A DNA stretch of 64,000 bases from contig OZ059896.1 in the NCBI GenBank assembly GCA_964057225.1, positions 23,312,001 through 23,376,000 on the forward strand, given 5' to 3'. Below the pieces are notes generated by a model. The model saw only the letters and a list, made by a program, of their open reading frames with translations. It had not been told where the DNA came from and ran no database searches. Within the stretch, counting starts at the first letter, position 1. Every line of letters starts with the position of its first letter. Both the position numbers and the translations under genes were made by a program. The stretch is from Auanema rhodensis. Taxonomy: Eukaryota > Animalia > Nematoda. Positions 40,201 to 56,650 of this stretch are shown here, piece by piece.

Positions 40201-43200
40201 AACAAATTTTTATTAATATTGGTTCATGGTAACCATGTCTTTGAAATTTACGTGAACTTTAATTTATGCTAATTAAATGTACACGTGATGTGCACTTGGT
40301 ATGTAACTCGCTTCACGTGAAAGATAAAGAGATGCGGTTTTCAAAATTAGATTCCCCATGTCCATATTAGTCTAAAAACAAATTTTTATTAATATTGGTT
40401 CATGGTAACCATGTCTTTGAAATTTACGTGAACTTTAATTTATGCTAATTAAATGTACACGTGATGTGCACTTGGTATGTAACTCGCTTCACGTAAAAGA
40501 TAAAGAGATGCGGTCTTCAAAATTAGATTCCCCATGTCCATATTAGTCTAAAAACAAATTTTTATTGATATTAGTTCATGGTAACCATGACTTTGAAATT
40601 TACGTGAACTTTAATTTATGCTAATTAAATGTACACGTGATGTGCACTTGGTATGTAACTCGCTTCACGTGAATGATAAAGAGATGCGGTTTTCAAAATT
40701 AGATTCCCCATGTCCATATTAGTCTAAAAACAAATTTTTATTGATATTGCTCCATGGTAACCATGACTTTGAAATTTACGTGAACTTTAATTTATGCTAA
40801 TTAAATGTACACGTGATGTGCACTTGGTATGTAACTCGCTTCACGTGAAAGATAAAGAGATGCGGTTTTCAAAATTAGATTCCCCATGTCCATATTAGTC
40901 TAAAAACAAATTTTTATTAATATTGGTTCATGGTAACCATGTCTTTGAAATTTACGTGAACTTTAATTTATGCTAATTAAATGTACACGTGATGTGCACT
41001 TGGTATGTAACTCGCTTCACGTGAAAGATAAAGAGATGCGGTTTTCAAAATTAGATTCCCCATGTCCATATTAGTCTAAAAACAAATTTTTATTGATATT
41101 GGTTCATGGTAACCATGACTTTGAAATTTACGTGAACTTTAATTTATGCTAATTAAATGTACACGTGATGTGCACTTGGTATGTAACTCGCTTCACGTGA
41201 AAGATAAAGAGATGCGGTTTTCAAAATTAGATTCCCCATGTCCATATTAGTCTAAAAACAAATTTTTATTAATATTGGTTCATGGTAACCATGACTTTGA
41301 AATTTACGTGAACTTTAATTTATGCTAATTAAATGTACACGTGATGTGCACTTGGTATGTAACTCGCTTCACGTGAGAGATAAAGAGATGCGGTTTTCAA
41401 AATTAGATTCCCCATGTCCATATTAGTCTAAAAACAAATTTTTATTAATATTGGTTCATGGTAACCATGTCTTTGAAATTTACGTGAACTTTAATTTATG
41501 CTAATTAAATGTACACGTGATGTGCACTTGGTATGTAACTCGCTTCACGTGAAAGATAAAGAGATGCGGTTTTCAAAATTAGATTCCCCATGTCCATATT
41601 AGTCTAAAAACAAATTTTTATTAATATTGGTTCATGGTAACCATGTCTTTGAAATTTACGTGAACTTTAATTTATGCTAATTAAATGTACACGTGATGTG
41701 CACTTGGTATGTAACTCGCTTCACGTGAAAGATAAAGAGATGCGGTTTTCAAAATTAGATTCCCCATGTCCATATTAGTCTAAAAACAAATTTTTATTAA
41801 TATTGGTTCATGGTAACCATGTCTTTGAAATTTACGTGAACTTTAATTTATGCTAATTAAATGTACACGTGATGTGCACTTGGTATGTAACTCGCTTCAC
41901 GTGAAAGATAAAGAGATGCGGTTTTCAAAATTAGATTCCCCATGTCCATATTAGTCTAAAAACAAATTTTTATTGATATTGGTTCATGGTAACCATGACT
42001 TTGAAATTTACGTGAACTTTAATTTATGCTAATTAAATGTACACGTGATGTGCACTTGGTATGTAACTCGCTTCACGTGAAAGATAAAGAGATGCGGTTT
42101 TCAAAATTAGATTCCCCATGTCCATATTAGTCTAAAAACAAATTTTTATTGATATTGGTTCATGGTAACCATGACTTTGAAATTTACGTGAACTTTAATT
42201 TATGCTAATTAAATGTACACGTGATGTGCACTTGGTACGTAACTCGCTTCACGTGAAAGATAAAGAGATGCGGTTTTCAAAATTAGATTCCCCATGTCCA
42301 TATTAGTCTAAAAACAAATTTTTATTAATATTGGTTCATGGTAACCATGACTTTGAAATTTACGTGAACTTTAATTTATGCTAATTAAATGTACACGTGA
42401 TGTGCACTTGGTATGTAACTCGCTTCACGTGAAAGATAAAGAGATGCGGTTTTCAAAATTAGATTCCCCATGTCCATATTAGTCTAAAAACAAATTTTTA
42501 TTAATATTGGTTCATGGTAACCATGTCTTTGAAATTTACGTGAACTTTAATTTATGCTAATTAAATGTACACGTGATGTGCACTTGGTATGTAACTCGCT
42601 TCACGTGAAAGATAAAGAGATGCGGTTTTCAAAATTAGATTCCCCATGTCCATATTAGTCTAAAAACAAATTTTTATTGATATTGGTTCATGGTAACCAT
42701 GACTTTGAAATTTACGTGAACTTTAATTTATGCTAATTAAATGTACACGTGATGTGCACTTGGTATGTAACTCGCTTCACGTGAAAGATAAAGAGATGCG
42801 GTTTTCAAAATTAGATTCCCCATGTCCATATTAGTCTAAAAACAAATTTTTATTGATATTGGTTCATGGTAACCATGACTTTGAAATTTACGTGAACTTT
42901 AATTTATGCTAATTAAATGTACACGTGATGTGCACTTGGTATGTAACTCGCTTCACGTGAAAGATAAAGAGATGCGGTTTTCAAAATTAGATTCCCCATG
43001 TCCATATTAGTATAAAAATAAATTTTTATTGATATTGGTTCATGGTAACCATGACTTTGAAATTTACGTGAACTTTAATTTATGCTAATTAAATGTACAC
43101 GTGATGTGCACTTGGTATGTAACTCGCTTCACGTGAAAGATAAAGAGATGCGGTTTTCAAAATTAGATTCCCCATGTCCATATTAGTCTAAAAACAAATT

Positions 43201-46200
43201 TTTATTGATATTGGTTCATGGTAACCATGATTTTGAAATTTACGTGAACTTTAATTTATGCTAATTAAATGTACACGTGATGTGCACTTGGTATGTAACT
43301 CGCTTCACGTGAAAGATAAAGAAATGCGGTTTTCAAAATTAGATTCCCCATGTCCATATTAGTCTAAAAACAAATTTTTATTGATATTGGTTCATGGTAA
43401 CCAGGTCTTTGAAATTTACGTGAACTTTAATTTATGCTAATTAAATGTACACGTGATGTGCACTTGGTATGTAACTCGCTTCACGTAAAAGATAAAGAGA
43501 TGCGGTTTTCAAAATTAGATTCCCCATGTCCATATTAGTCTAAAAACAAATTTTTATTGATATTGGTTCATGGTAACCATGATTTTGAAATTTACGTGAA
43601 CTTTAATTTATGCTAATTAAATGTACACGTGATGTGCACTTGGTATGTAACTCGCTTCACGTGAAAGATAAAGAAATGCGGTTTTCAAAATTAGATTCCC
43701 CATGTCCATATTAGTCTAAAAACAAATTTTTATTGATATTGGTTCATGGTAACCATGACTTTGATATTTACGTGAACTTTAATTTATGCTAATTAAATGT
43801 ACACGTGATGTGCACTTGGTATGTAACTCGCTTCACGTGAAAGATAAAGAGATGCGGTTTTCAAAATTAGATTCCCCATGTCCATATTAGTCTAAAAACA
43901 AATTTTTATTAATATTGGTTCATGGTAACCATGTCTTTGAAATTTACGTGAACTTTAATTTATGCTAATTAAATGTACACGTGATGTGCACTTGGTATGT
44001 AACTCGCTTCACGTGAAAGATAAAGAGATGCGGTTTTCAAAATTAGATTCCCCATGTCCATATTAGTCTAAAAACAAATTTTTATTAATATTGGTTCATG
44101 CTAACCATGTCTTTGAAATTTACGTGAACTTTAATTTATGCTAATTAAATGTACACGTGATGTGCACTTGGTATGTAACTCGCTTCACGTGAAAGATAAA
44201 GCGATGCGGTTTTCAAAATTAGATTCCCCATGTCCATATTAGTCTAAAAACAAATTTTTATTAATATTGGTTCATGGTAACCATGTCTTTGAAATTTACG
44301 TGAACTTTAATTTATGCTAATTAAATGTACACGTGATGTGCACTTGGTATGTAACTCGCTTCACGTGAAAGATAAAGAGATGCGGTTTTCAAAATTAGAT
44401 TCCCCATGTCCATATTAGTCTAAAAACAAATTTTTATTAATATTGGTTCATGGTAACCATGTCTTTGAAATTTACGTGAACTTTAATTTATGCTAATTAA
44501 ATGTACACGTGATGTGCACTTGGTATGTAACTCGCTTCACGTGAAAGATAAAGAGATGCGGTTTTCAAAATTAGATTCCCCATGTCCATATTAGTCTAAA
44601 AACAAATTTTTATTAATATTGGTTCATGGTAACCATGTCTTTGAAATTTACGTGAACTTTAATTTATGCTAATTAAATGTACACGTGATGTGCACTTGGT
44701 ATGTAACTCGCTTCACGTGAAAGATAAAGAGATGCGGTTTTCAAAATTAGATTCCCCATGTCCATATTAGTCTAAAAACAAATTTTTATTAATATTGGTT
44801 CATGGTAACCATGTCTTTGAAATTTACGTGAACTTTAATTTATGCTAATTAAATGTACACGTGATGTGCACTTGGTATGTAACTCGCTTCACGTGAAAGA
44901 TAAAGAGATGCGGTTTTCAAAATTAGATTCCCCATGTCCATATTAGTCTAAAAACAAATTTTTATTAATATTGGTTCATGGTAACCATGTCTTTGAAATT
45001 TACGTGAACTTTAATTTATGCTAATTAAATGTACACGTGATGTGCACTTGGTATGTAACTCGCTTCACGTGAAAGATAAAGAGATGCGGTTTTCAAAATT
45101 AGATTCCCCATGTCCATATTAGTCTAAAAACAAATTTTTATTAATATTGGTTCATGGTAACCATGTCTTTGAAATTTACGTGAACTTTAATTTATGCTAA
45201 TTAAATGTACACGTGATGTGCACTTGGTATGTAACTCGCTTCACGTGAAAGATAAAGAGATGCGGTTTTCAAAATTAGATTCCCCTTGTCCATATTAGTC
45301 TAAAAACAAATTTTTATTAATATTGGTTCATGGTAACCATGTCTTTGAAATTTACGTGAACTTTAATTTATGCTAATTAAATGTACACGTGATGTGCACT
45401 TGGTATGTAACTCGCTTCACGTGAAAGATAAAGAGATGCGGTTTTCAAAATTAGATTCCCCATGTCCATATTAGTCTAAAAACAAATTTTTATTAATATT
45501 GGTTCATGGTAACCATGTCTTTGAAATTTACGTGAACTTTAATTTATGCTAATTAAATGTACACGTGATGTGCACTTGGTATGTAACTCGCTTCACGTGA
45601 AAGATAAAAAGATGCGGTTTTCAAAATTAGATTCCCCATGTCCATATTAGTCTAAAAACAAATTTTTATTAATATTGGTTCATGGTAACCATGTCTTTGA
45701 AATTTACGTGAACTTTAATTTATGCTAATTAAATGTACACGTGATGTGCACTTGGTATGTAACTCGCTTCACGTGAAAGATAAAGAGATGCGGTTTTCAA
45801 AATTAGATTCCCCATGTCCATATTAGTCTAAAAACAAATTTTTATTAATATTGGTTCATGGTAACCATGTCTTTGAAATTTACGTGAACTTTAATTTATG
45901 CTAATTAAATGTACACGTGATGTGCACTTGGTATGTAACTCGCTTCACGTGAAAGATAAAGAGATGCGGTTTTCAAAATTAGATTCCCCATGTCCATATT
46001 AGTATAAAAATAAATTTTTATTGATATTGGTTCATGGTAACCATGACTTTGAAATTTACGTGAACTTTAATTTATGCTAATTAAATGTACACGTGATGTG
46101 CACTTGGTATGTAACTCGCTTCACGTGAAAGATAAAAAGATGCGGTTTTCAAAATTAGATTCCCCATGTCCATATTAGTCTAAAAACAAATTTTTATTAA

Positions 46201-48109
46201 TATTGGTTCATGGTAACCATGTCTTTGAAATTTACGTGAACTTTAATTTATGCTAATTAAATGTACACGTGATGTGCACTTGGTATGTAACTCGCTTCAC
46301 GTAAAAGATAAAGAGATGCGGTTTTCAAAATTAGATTCCCCATGTCCATATTAGTCTAAAAACAAATTTTTATTGATATTGGTTCATGGTAACCATGATT
46401 TTGAAATTTACGTGAACTTTAATTTATGCTAATTAAATGTACACGTGATGTGCACTTGGTATGTAACTCGCTTCACGTGAAAGATAAAGAAATGCGGTTT
46501 TCAAAATTAGATTCCCCATGTCCATTTTAGTCTAAAAACAAATTTTTATTGATATTGGTTCATGGTAACCATGACTTTGATATTTACGTGAACTTTAATT
46601 TATGCTAATTAAATGTACACGTGATGTGCACTTGGTATGTAACTCGCTTCACGTGAAAGATAAAGAGATGCGGTTTTCAAAATTAGATTCCCCATGTCCA
46701 TATTAGTCTAAAAACAAATTTTTGTTGATATTGGTGCATGGTAACCATGACTTTGAAATTTACGTGAACTTTAATTTATGCTAATTAAATGTACACGTGA
46801 TGTGCACTTGGTATGTAACTCGCTTCACGTAAAAGATAAAGAGATGCGGTTTTCAAAATTAGATTCCCCATGTCCATATTAGTCTAAAAACAAATTTTTA
46901 TTGATATTGGTGCATGGTAACCATGACTTTGAAATTTACGTGAACTTTAATTTATGCTAATTAAATGTACACTTGATGTACACTTGGTATGTAACTCGCT
47001 TCACGTGAAAGATAAAGAGATGCGGTTTTCAAAATTAGATTCCCCATGTCCATATTAGTTTAAAAACAAATTTTTATTGATATTGGTGCATGGTAACCAT
47101 GACTTTGAAATTTACGTGAACTTTAATTTATGCTAATTAAATGTACACGTGATGTGCACTTGGTATGTAACTCGCTTCACGTGAAAGATAAAGAGATGCG
47201 GTTTTCAAAATTAGATTTCCCATGTCCATATTAGTATAAAAATAAATTTTTATTGATATTGGTTCATGGTAACCATGACTTTGAAATTTACGTGAACTTT
47301 AATTTATGTTAATTAAATGTACACGTGATGTGCACTTGGTATGTAACTCGCTTCACGTGAAAGATAAAGAGATGCGGTTTTCAAAATTAGATTCCCCATG
47401 TCCATATTAGTCTAAAAACAAATTTTTATTGATATTGGTTCATGGTAACCATGATTTTGAAATTTACGTGAACTTTAATTTATGCTAATTAAATGTACAC
47501 GTGATGTGCACTTGGTATGTAACTCGCTTCACGTGAAAGATAAAGAAATGCGGTTTTCAAAATTAGATTCCCCATGTCCATTTTAGTCTAAAAACAAATT
47601 TTTATTGATATTGGTTCATGGTAACCATGTCTTTGAAATTTTCGTGAACTTTAATTTATGCTAATTAAATGTACACATGATGTGCACTTGGTATGTAACT
47701 CGCTTCATGTGAAAGATAAAGAGATGCGGTTTTCAAAATTAGATTCCCCATGTCCATATTAGTCTAAAAACAAATTTTTATTAATATTGGTTCATGGTAA
47801 CCATGTCTTTGAAATTTACGTGAACTTTAATTTATGCTAATTAAATGTACACGTGATGTGCACTTGGTATGTAACTCGCTTCACGTGAAAGATAAAGAGA
47901 TGCGGTTTTCAAAATTAGATTCCCCATGTCCATATTAGTCTAAAAACAAATTTTTATTGATATTGGTTCATGGTAACCATGACCTTGAAATTTACGTGAA
48001 CTTTAATTTATGCTAATTAAATGTAAACGTAATGTGAACTTGGTATGTAACTCGCTTCACGTGTAAGATAAAGAGATGCGGTTTTCAAAATTAGATTCCC
48101 CATGTCCAT

Positions 48110-51100
48110 ATTAGTCTAAAAACAAATTTTTATTGATATTGGTTCATGGTAACCATGTCTTTGAAATTTTCGTGAACTTTAATTTATGCTAATTAAATGT
48201 ACACATGATGTGCACTTGGTATGTAACTCGCTTCATGTGAAAGATAAAGAGATGCGGTTTTCAAAATTAGATTCCCCATGTCCATATTAGTCTAAAAACA
48301 AATTTTTATTAATATTGGTTCATGGTAACCATGTCTTTGAAATTTACGTGAACTTTAATTTATGCTAATTAAATGTACACGTGATGTGCACTTGGTATGT
48401 AACTCGCTTCACGTGAAAGATAAAGAGATGCGGTTTTCAAAATTAGATTCCCCATGTCCATATTAGTCTAAAAACAAATTTTTATTAATATTGGTTCATG
48501 GTAACCATGTCTTTGAAATTTACGTGAACTTTAATTTATGCTAATTAAATGTACACGTGATGTGCACTTGGTATGTAACTCGCTTCACGTGAAAGATAAA
48601 GAGATGCGGTTTTCAAAATTAGATTCCCCATGTCCATATTAGTCTAAAAACAAATTTTTATTGATATTGGTTCATGGTAAACATGACTTTGAAATTTACG
48701 TGAACTTTAATTTATGCTAATTAAATGTACACGTGATGTGCACTTGGTATGTAACTCGCTTCACGTGTAAGATAAAGAGATGCGGTTTTCAAAATTAGAT
48801 TCCCCATGTCCATATTAGTCTAAAAACAAATTGTTATTGATATTGGTTCATGGTAACCATGTCTTTGAAATTTTCGTGAACTTTAATTTATGCTAATTAA
48901 ATGTACACGTGATGTGCACTTGGTATGTAACTCGCTTCATGTGAAAGATAAAGAGATGCGGTTTTCAAAATTAGATTCCCCATGTCCATATTAGTCTAAA
49001 AACAAATTTTTATTAATATTGGTTCATGGTAACCATGTCTTTGAAATTTACGTGAACTTTAATTTATGCTAATTAAATGTACACGTGATGTGCTCTTGGT
49101 ATGTAACTCGCTTCACGTGAAAGATAAAGAGATGCGGTTTTCAAAATTAGATTCCCCATGTCCATATTAGTCTAAAAACAAATTTTTATTAATATTGGTT
49201 CATGGTAACCATGTCTTTGAAATTTACGTGAACTTTAATTTATGCTAATTAAATGTACACGTGATGTGCACTTGGTATGTAACTCGCTTCACGTGAAAGA
49301 AAAAGAGATGCGGTTTTCAAAATTAGATTCCCCATGTCCATATTAGTCTAAAAACAAATTTTTATTGATATTGGTTCATGGTAACCATGACTTTGAAATT
49401 TACGTGAACTTTAATTTATGCTAATTAAATGTACACGTGATGTGCACTTGGTATGTAACTCGCTTCACGTGAAAGATAAAGAGATGCGGTTTTCAAAATT
49501 AGATTCCCCATGTCCATATTAGTCTAAAAACAAATTTTTATTGATATTGGTTCATGGTAACCATGATTTTGAAATTTACGTGAACTTTAATTTATGCTAA
49601 TTAAATGTACACGTGATGTGCACTTGGTATGTAACTCGCTTCACGTGAAAGATAAAGAGATGCGGTTTTCAAAATTAGATTCCCCATGTCCATATTAGTC
49701 TAAAAACAAATTTTTATTAATATTGGTTCATGGTAACCATGACTTTGAAATTTACGTGAACTTTAATTTATGCTAATTAAATGTACACGTGATGTGCACT
49801 TGGTATGTAACTCGCTTCACGTGAAAGATAAAGAGATGCGGTTTTCAAAATTAGATTCCCCATGTCCATATTAGTCTAAAAACAAATTTTTATTAATATT
49901 GGTTCATGGTAACCATGTCTTTGAAATTTACGTGAACTTTAATTTATGCTAATTAAATGTACACGTGATGTGCACTTGGTATGTAACTCGCTTCACGTGA
50001 AAGATAAAGAGATGCGGTTTTCAAAATTAGATTCCCCATGTCCATATTAGTCTAAAAACAAATTTTTATTAATATTGGTTCATGGTAACCATGTCTTTGA
50101 AATTTACGTGAACTTTAATTTATGCTAATTAAATGTACACGTGATGTGCACTTGGTATGTAACTCGCTTCACGTGAAAGATAAAGAGATGCGGTTTTCAA
50201 AATTAAATTCCCCATGTCCATATTAGTCTAAAAACAAATTTTTATTGATATTGGTTCATGGTAACCATGACTTTGAAATTTACGTGAACTTTAATTTATG
50301 CTAATTAAATGTACACGTGATGTGCACTTGGTATGTAACTCGCTTCACGTGTAAGATAAAGAGATGCGGTTTTCAAAATTAGATTCCCCATGTCCATATT
50401 AGTCTAAAAACAAATTTTTATTGATATTGGTTCATGGTAACCATGTCTTTGAAATTTTCGTGAACTTTAATTTATGCTAATTAAATGTACACGTGATGTG
50501 CACTTGGTATGTAACTCGCTTCACGTGAAAGATAAAGAGATGCGGTTTTCAAAATTAGATTCCCCATGTCCATATTAGTCTAAAAACAAATTTTTATTGA
50601 TATTGGTTCATGGTAACCATGACTTTGAAATTTACGTGAACTTTAATTTATGCTAATTAAATGTACACGTGATGTGCACTTGGTATGTAACTCGCTTCAC
50701 GTGAAAGATAAAGAGATGCGGTTTTCAAAATTAGATTCCCCATGTCCATATTAGTCTAAAAACAAATTTTTATTGATATTGGTTCATGGTAACCATGACT
50801 TTGAAATTTACGTGAACTTTAATTTATGCTAATTAAATGTACACGTGATGTGCACTTGGTATGTAACTCGCTTTACGTGAAAGATAAAGAGATGCGGTTT
50901 TCAAAATTAGATTCCCCATGTCCATATTAGTCTAAAAACAAATTTTTATTAATATTGGTTCATGGTAACCATGTCTTTGAAATTTACGTGAACTTTAATT
51001 TATGCTAATTAAATGTACACGTGATGTGCACTTGGTATGTAACTCGCTTCACGTGAAAGATAAAGAGATGCGGTTTTCAAAATTAGATTCTTCATGTCCA

Positions 51101-54100
51101 TATTAGTCTAAAAACAAATTTTTATTAATATTGGTTCATGGTAACCATGTCTTTGAAATTTACGTGAACTTTAATTTATGCTAATTAAATGTACACGTGA
51201 TGTGCACTTGGTATGTAACTCGCTTCACGTGAAAGATAAAGAGATGCGGTTTTCAAAATTAGATTCCCCATGTCCATATTAGTCTAAAAACAAATTTTTA
51301 TTAATATTGGTTCATGGTAACCATGTCTTTGAAATTTACGTGAACTTTAATTTATGCTAATTAAATGTACACGTGATGTGCACTTGGTATGTAACTCGCT
51401 TCACGTGAAAGATAAAGAGATGCGGTTTTCAAAATTAGATTCCCCATGTCCATATTAGTCTAAAAACAAATTTTTATTGATATTGGTTCATGGTAACCAT
51501 GACTTTGAAATTTACGTGAACTTTAATTTATGCTAATTAAATGTACACGTGATGTGCACTTGGTATGTAACTCGCTTCACGTGAAAGATAAAGAGATGCG
51601 GTTTTCAAAATTAGATTCCCCATTTCCATATTAGTCTAAAAACAAATTTTTATTAATATTGGTTCATGGTAACCATGTCTTTGAAATTTACGTGAACTTT
51701 AATTTATGCTAATTAAATGTACACGTGATGTGCACTTGGTATGTAACTCGCTTCACGTGAAAGATAAAGAGATGCGGTTTTCAAAATTAGATTCCCCATG
51801 TCCATATTAGTCTAAAAACAAATTTTTATTGATATTGGTTCATGGTAACCATGATTTTGAAATTTACGTGAACTTTAATTTATGCTAATTAAATGTACAC
51901 GTGATGTGCACTTGGTATGTAACTCGCTTCACGTGAAAGATAAAGAAATGCGGTTTTCAAAATTAGATTCCCCATGTCCATTTTAGTCTAAAAACAAATT
52001 TTTATTGATATTGGTTCATGGTAACCATGACTTTGAAATTTACGTGAACTTTAATTTATGCTAATTAAATGTACACGTGATGTGCACTTGGTATGTAACT
52101 CGCTTCACGTGAAAGATAAAGAGATGCGGTTTTCAACATTAGATTCCCCATGTCCATATTAGTCTAAAAACAAATTTTTAATAATATTGGTTCATGGTAA
52201 CCATGTCTTTGAAATTTACGTGAACTTTAATTTATGCTAATTAAATGTACACGTGATGTGCACTTGGTATGTAACTCGCTTCACGTGAAAGATAAAGAGA
52301 TGCGGTTTTCAAAATTAGATTCCCCATGTCCATATTAGTCTAAAAACAAATTTTTAATAATATTGGTTCATGGTAACCATGTCTTTGAAATTTACGTGAA
52401 CTTTAATTTATGCTAATTAAATGTACACGTGATGTGCACTTGGTATGTAACTCGCTTCACGTGAAAGATAAAGAGATGCGGTTTTCAAAATTAGATTCCC
52501 CATGTCCATATTAGTCTAAAAACAAATTTTTATTGATATTGGTTCATGGTAACCATGTCTTTGAAATTTTCGTGAACTTTAATTTATGCTAATTAAATGT
52601 ACACATGATGTGCACTTGGTATGTAACTCGCTTCATGTGAAAGATAAAGAGATGCGGTTTTCAAAATTAGATTCCCCATGTCCATATTAGTCTAAAAACA
52701 AATTTTTATTAATATTGGTTCATGGTAACCATGTCTTTGAAATTTACGTGAACTTTAATTTATGCTAATTAAATGTACACGTGATGTGCACTTGGTATGT
52801 AACTCGCTTCACGTGAAAGATAAAGAGATGCGGTTTTCAAAATTAGATTCCCCATGTCCATATTAGTCTAAAAACAAATTTTTATTAATATTGGTTCATG
52901 GTAACCATGTCTTTGAAATTTACGTGAACTTTAATTTATGCTAATTAAATGTACACGTGATGTGCACTTGGTATGTAACTCGCTTCACGTGAAAGATAAA
53001 GAGATGCGGTTTTCAAAATTAGATTCCCCATGTCCATATTAGTCTAAAAACAAATTTTTATTGATATTGGTTCATGGTAAACATGACTTTGAAATTTACG
53101 TGAACTTTAATTTATGCTAATTAAATGTACACGTGATGTGCACTTGGTATGTAACTCGCTTCACGTGTAAGATAAAGAGATGCGGTTTTCAAAATTAGAT
53201 TCCCCATGTCCATATTAGTCTAAAAACAAATTGTTATTGATATTGGTTCATGGTAACCATGTCTTTGAAATTTTCGTGAACTTTAATTTATGCTAATTAA
53301 ATGTACACGTGATGTGCACTTGGTATGTAACTCGCTTCATGTGAAAGATAAAGAGATGCGGTTTTCAAAATTAGATTCCCCATGTCCATATTAGTCTAAA
53401 AACAAATTTTTATTAATATTGGTTCATGGTAACCATGTCTTTGAAATTTACGTGAACTTTAATTTATGCTAATTAAATGTACACGTGATGTGCTCTTGGT
53501 ATGTAACTCGCTTCACGTGAAAGATAAAGAGATGCGGTTTTCAAAATTAGATTCCCCATGTCCATATTAGTCTAAAAACAAATTTTTATTAATATTGGTT
53601 CATGGTAACCATGTCTTTGAAATTTACGTGAACTTTAATTTATGCTAATTAAATGTACACGTGATGTGCACTTGGTATGTAACTCGCTTCACGTGAAAGA
53701 AAAAGAGATGCGGTTTTCAAAATTAGATTCCCCATGTCCATATTAGTCTAAAAACAAATTTTTATTGATATTGGTTCATGGTAACCATGACTTTGAAATT
53801 TACGTGAACTTTAATTTATGCTAATTAAATGTACACGTGATGTGCACTTGGTATGTAACTCGCTTCACGTGAAAGATAAAGAGATGCGGTTTTCAAAATT
53901 AGATTCCCCATGTCCATATTAGTCTAAAAACAAATTTTTATTGATATTGGTTCATGGTAACCATGATTTTGAAATTTACGTGAACTTTAATTTATGCTAA
54001 TTAAATGTACACGTGATGTGCACTTGGTATGTAACTCGCTTCACGTGAAAGATAAAGAGATGCGGTTTTCAAAATTAGATTCCCCATGTCCATATTAGTC

Positions 54101-56650
54101 TAAAAACAAATTTTTATTAATATTGGTTCATGGTAACCATGACTTTGAAATTTACGTGAACTTTAATTTATGCTAATTAAATGTACACGTGATGTGCACT
54201 TGGTATGTAACTCGCTTCACGTGAAAGATAAAGAGATGCGGTTTTCAAAATTAGATTCCCCATGTCCATATTAGTCTAAAAACAAATTTTTATTAATATT
54301 GGTTCATGGTAACCATGTCTTTGAAATTTACGTGAACTTTAATTTATGCTAATTAAATGTACACGTGATGTGCACTTGGTATGTAACTCGCTTCACGTGA
54401 AAGATAAAGAGATGCGGTTTTCAAAATTAGATTCCCCATGTCCATATTAGTCTAAAAACAAATTTTTATTAATATTGGTTCATGGTAACCATGTCTTTGA
54501 AATTTACGTGAACTTTAATTTATGCTAATTAAATGTACACGTGATGTGCACTTGGTATGTAACTCGCTTCACGTGAAAGATAAAGAGATGCGGTTTTCAA
54601 AATTAAATTCCCCATGTCCATATTAGTCTAAAAACAAATTTTTATTGATATTGGTTCATGGTAACCATGACTTTGAAATTTACGTGAACTTTAATTTATG
54701 CTAATTAAATGTACACGTGATGTGCACTTGGTATGTAACTCGCTTCACGTGTAAGATAAAGAGATGCGGTTTTCAAAATTAGATTCCCCATGTCCATATT
54801 AGTCTAAAAACAAATTTTTATTGATATTGGTTCATGGTAACCATGTCTTTGAAATTTTCGTGAACTTTAATTTATGCTAATTAAATGTACACGTGATGTG
54901 CACTTGGTATGTAACTCGCTTCACGTGAAAGATAAAGAGATGCGGTTTTCAAAATTAGATTCCCCATGTCCATATTAGTCTAAAAACAAATTTTTATTGA
55001 TATTGGTTCATGGTAACCATGACTTTGAAATTTACGTGAACTTTAATTTATGCTAATTAAATGTACACGTGATGTGCACTTGGTATGTAACTCGCTTCAC
55101 GTGAAAGATAAAGAGATGCGGTTTTCAAAATTAGATTCCCCATGTCCATATTAGTCTAAAAACAAATTTTTATTGATATTGGTTCATGGTAACCATGACT
55201 TTGAAATTTACGTGAACTTTAATTTATGCTAATTAAATGTACACGTGATGTGCACTTGGTATGTAACTCGCTTTACGTGAAAGATAAAGAGATGCGGTTT
55301 TCAAAATTAGATTCCCCATGTCCATATTAGTCTAAAAACAAATTTTTATTAATATTGGTTCATGGTAACCATGTCTTTGAAATTTACGTGAACTTTAATT
55401 TATGCTAATTAAATGTACACGTGATGTGCACTTGGTATGTAACTCGCTTCACGTGAAAGATAAAGAGATGCGGTTTTCAAAATTAGATTCTTCATGTCCA
55501 TATTAGTCTAAAAACAAATTTTTATTAATATTGGTTCATGGTAACCATGTCTTTGAAATTTACGTGAACTTTAATTTATGCTAATTAAATGTACACGTGA
55601 TGTGCACTTGGTATGTAACTCGCTTCACGTGAAAGATAAAGAGATGCGGTTTTCAAAATTAGATTCCCCATGTCCATATTAGTCTAAAAACAAATTTTTA
55701 TTAATATTGGTTCATGGTAACCATGTCTTTGAAATTTACGTGAACTTTAATTTATGCTAATTAAATGTACACGTGATGTGCACTTGGTATGTAACTCGCT
55801 TCACGTGAAAGATAAAGAGATGCGGTTTTCAAAATTAGATTCCCCATGTCCATATTAGTCTAAAAACAAATTTTTATTGATATTGGTTCATGGTAACCAT
55901 GACTTTGAAATTTACGTGAACTTTAATTTATGCTAATTAAATGTACACGTGATGTGCACTTGGTATGTAACTCGCTTCACGTGAAAGATAAAGAGATGCG
56001 GTTTTCAAAATTAGATTCCCCATTTCCATATTAGTCTAAAAACAAATTTTTATTAATATTGGTTCATGGTAACCATGTCTTTGAAATTTACGTGAACTTT
56101 AATTTATGCTAATTAAATGTACACGTGATGTGCACTTGGTATGTAACTCGCTTCACGTGAAAGATAAAGAGATGCGGTTTTCAAAATTAGATTCCCCATG
56201 TCCATATTAGTCTAAAAACAAATTTTTATTGATATTGGTTCATGGTAACCATGATTTTGAAATTTACGTGAACTTTAATTTATGCTAATTAAATGTACAC
56301 GTGATGTGCACTTGGTATGTAACTCGCTTCACGTGAAAGATAAAGAAATGCGGTTTTCAAAATTAGATTCCCCATGTCCATTTTAGTCTAAAAACAAATT
56401 TTTATTGATATTGGTTCATGGTAACCATGACTTTGAAATTTACGTGAACTTTAATTTATGCTAATTAAATGTACACGTGATGTGCACTTGGTATGTAACT
56501 CGCTTCACGTGAAAGATAAAGAGATGCGGTTTTCAACATTAGATTCCCCATGTCCATATTAGTCTAAAAACAAATTTTTAATAATATTGGTTCATGGTAA
56601 CCATGTCTTTGAAATTTACGTGAACTTTAATTTATGCTAATTAAATGTAC
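48110..56650 (+). repeat. Large tandem duplication with 25-monomer (4400 bp) offset
   Basis: Seven rare variants recur at +4400: acacatg 48201/52601, aacatgac 48681/53081, tgctctt 49091/53491, agaaaaag 49301/53701, ctttacg 50871/55271, ttcttcatg 51091/55491, tcaacatt 52131/56531. Confidence 0.95.
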
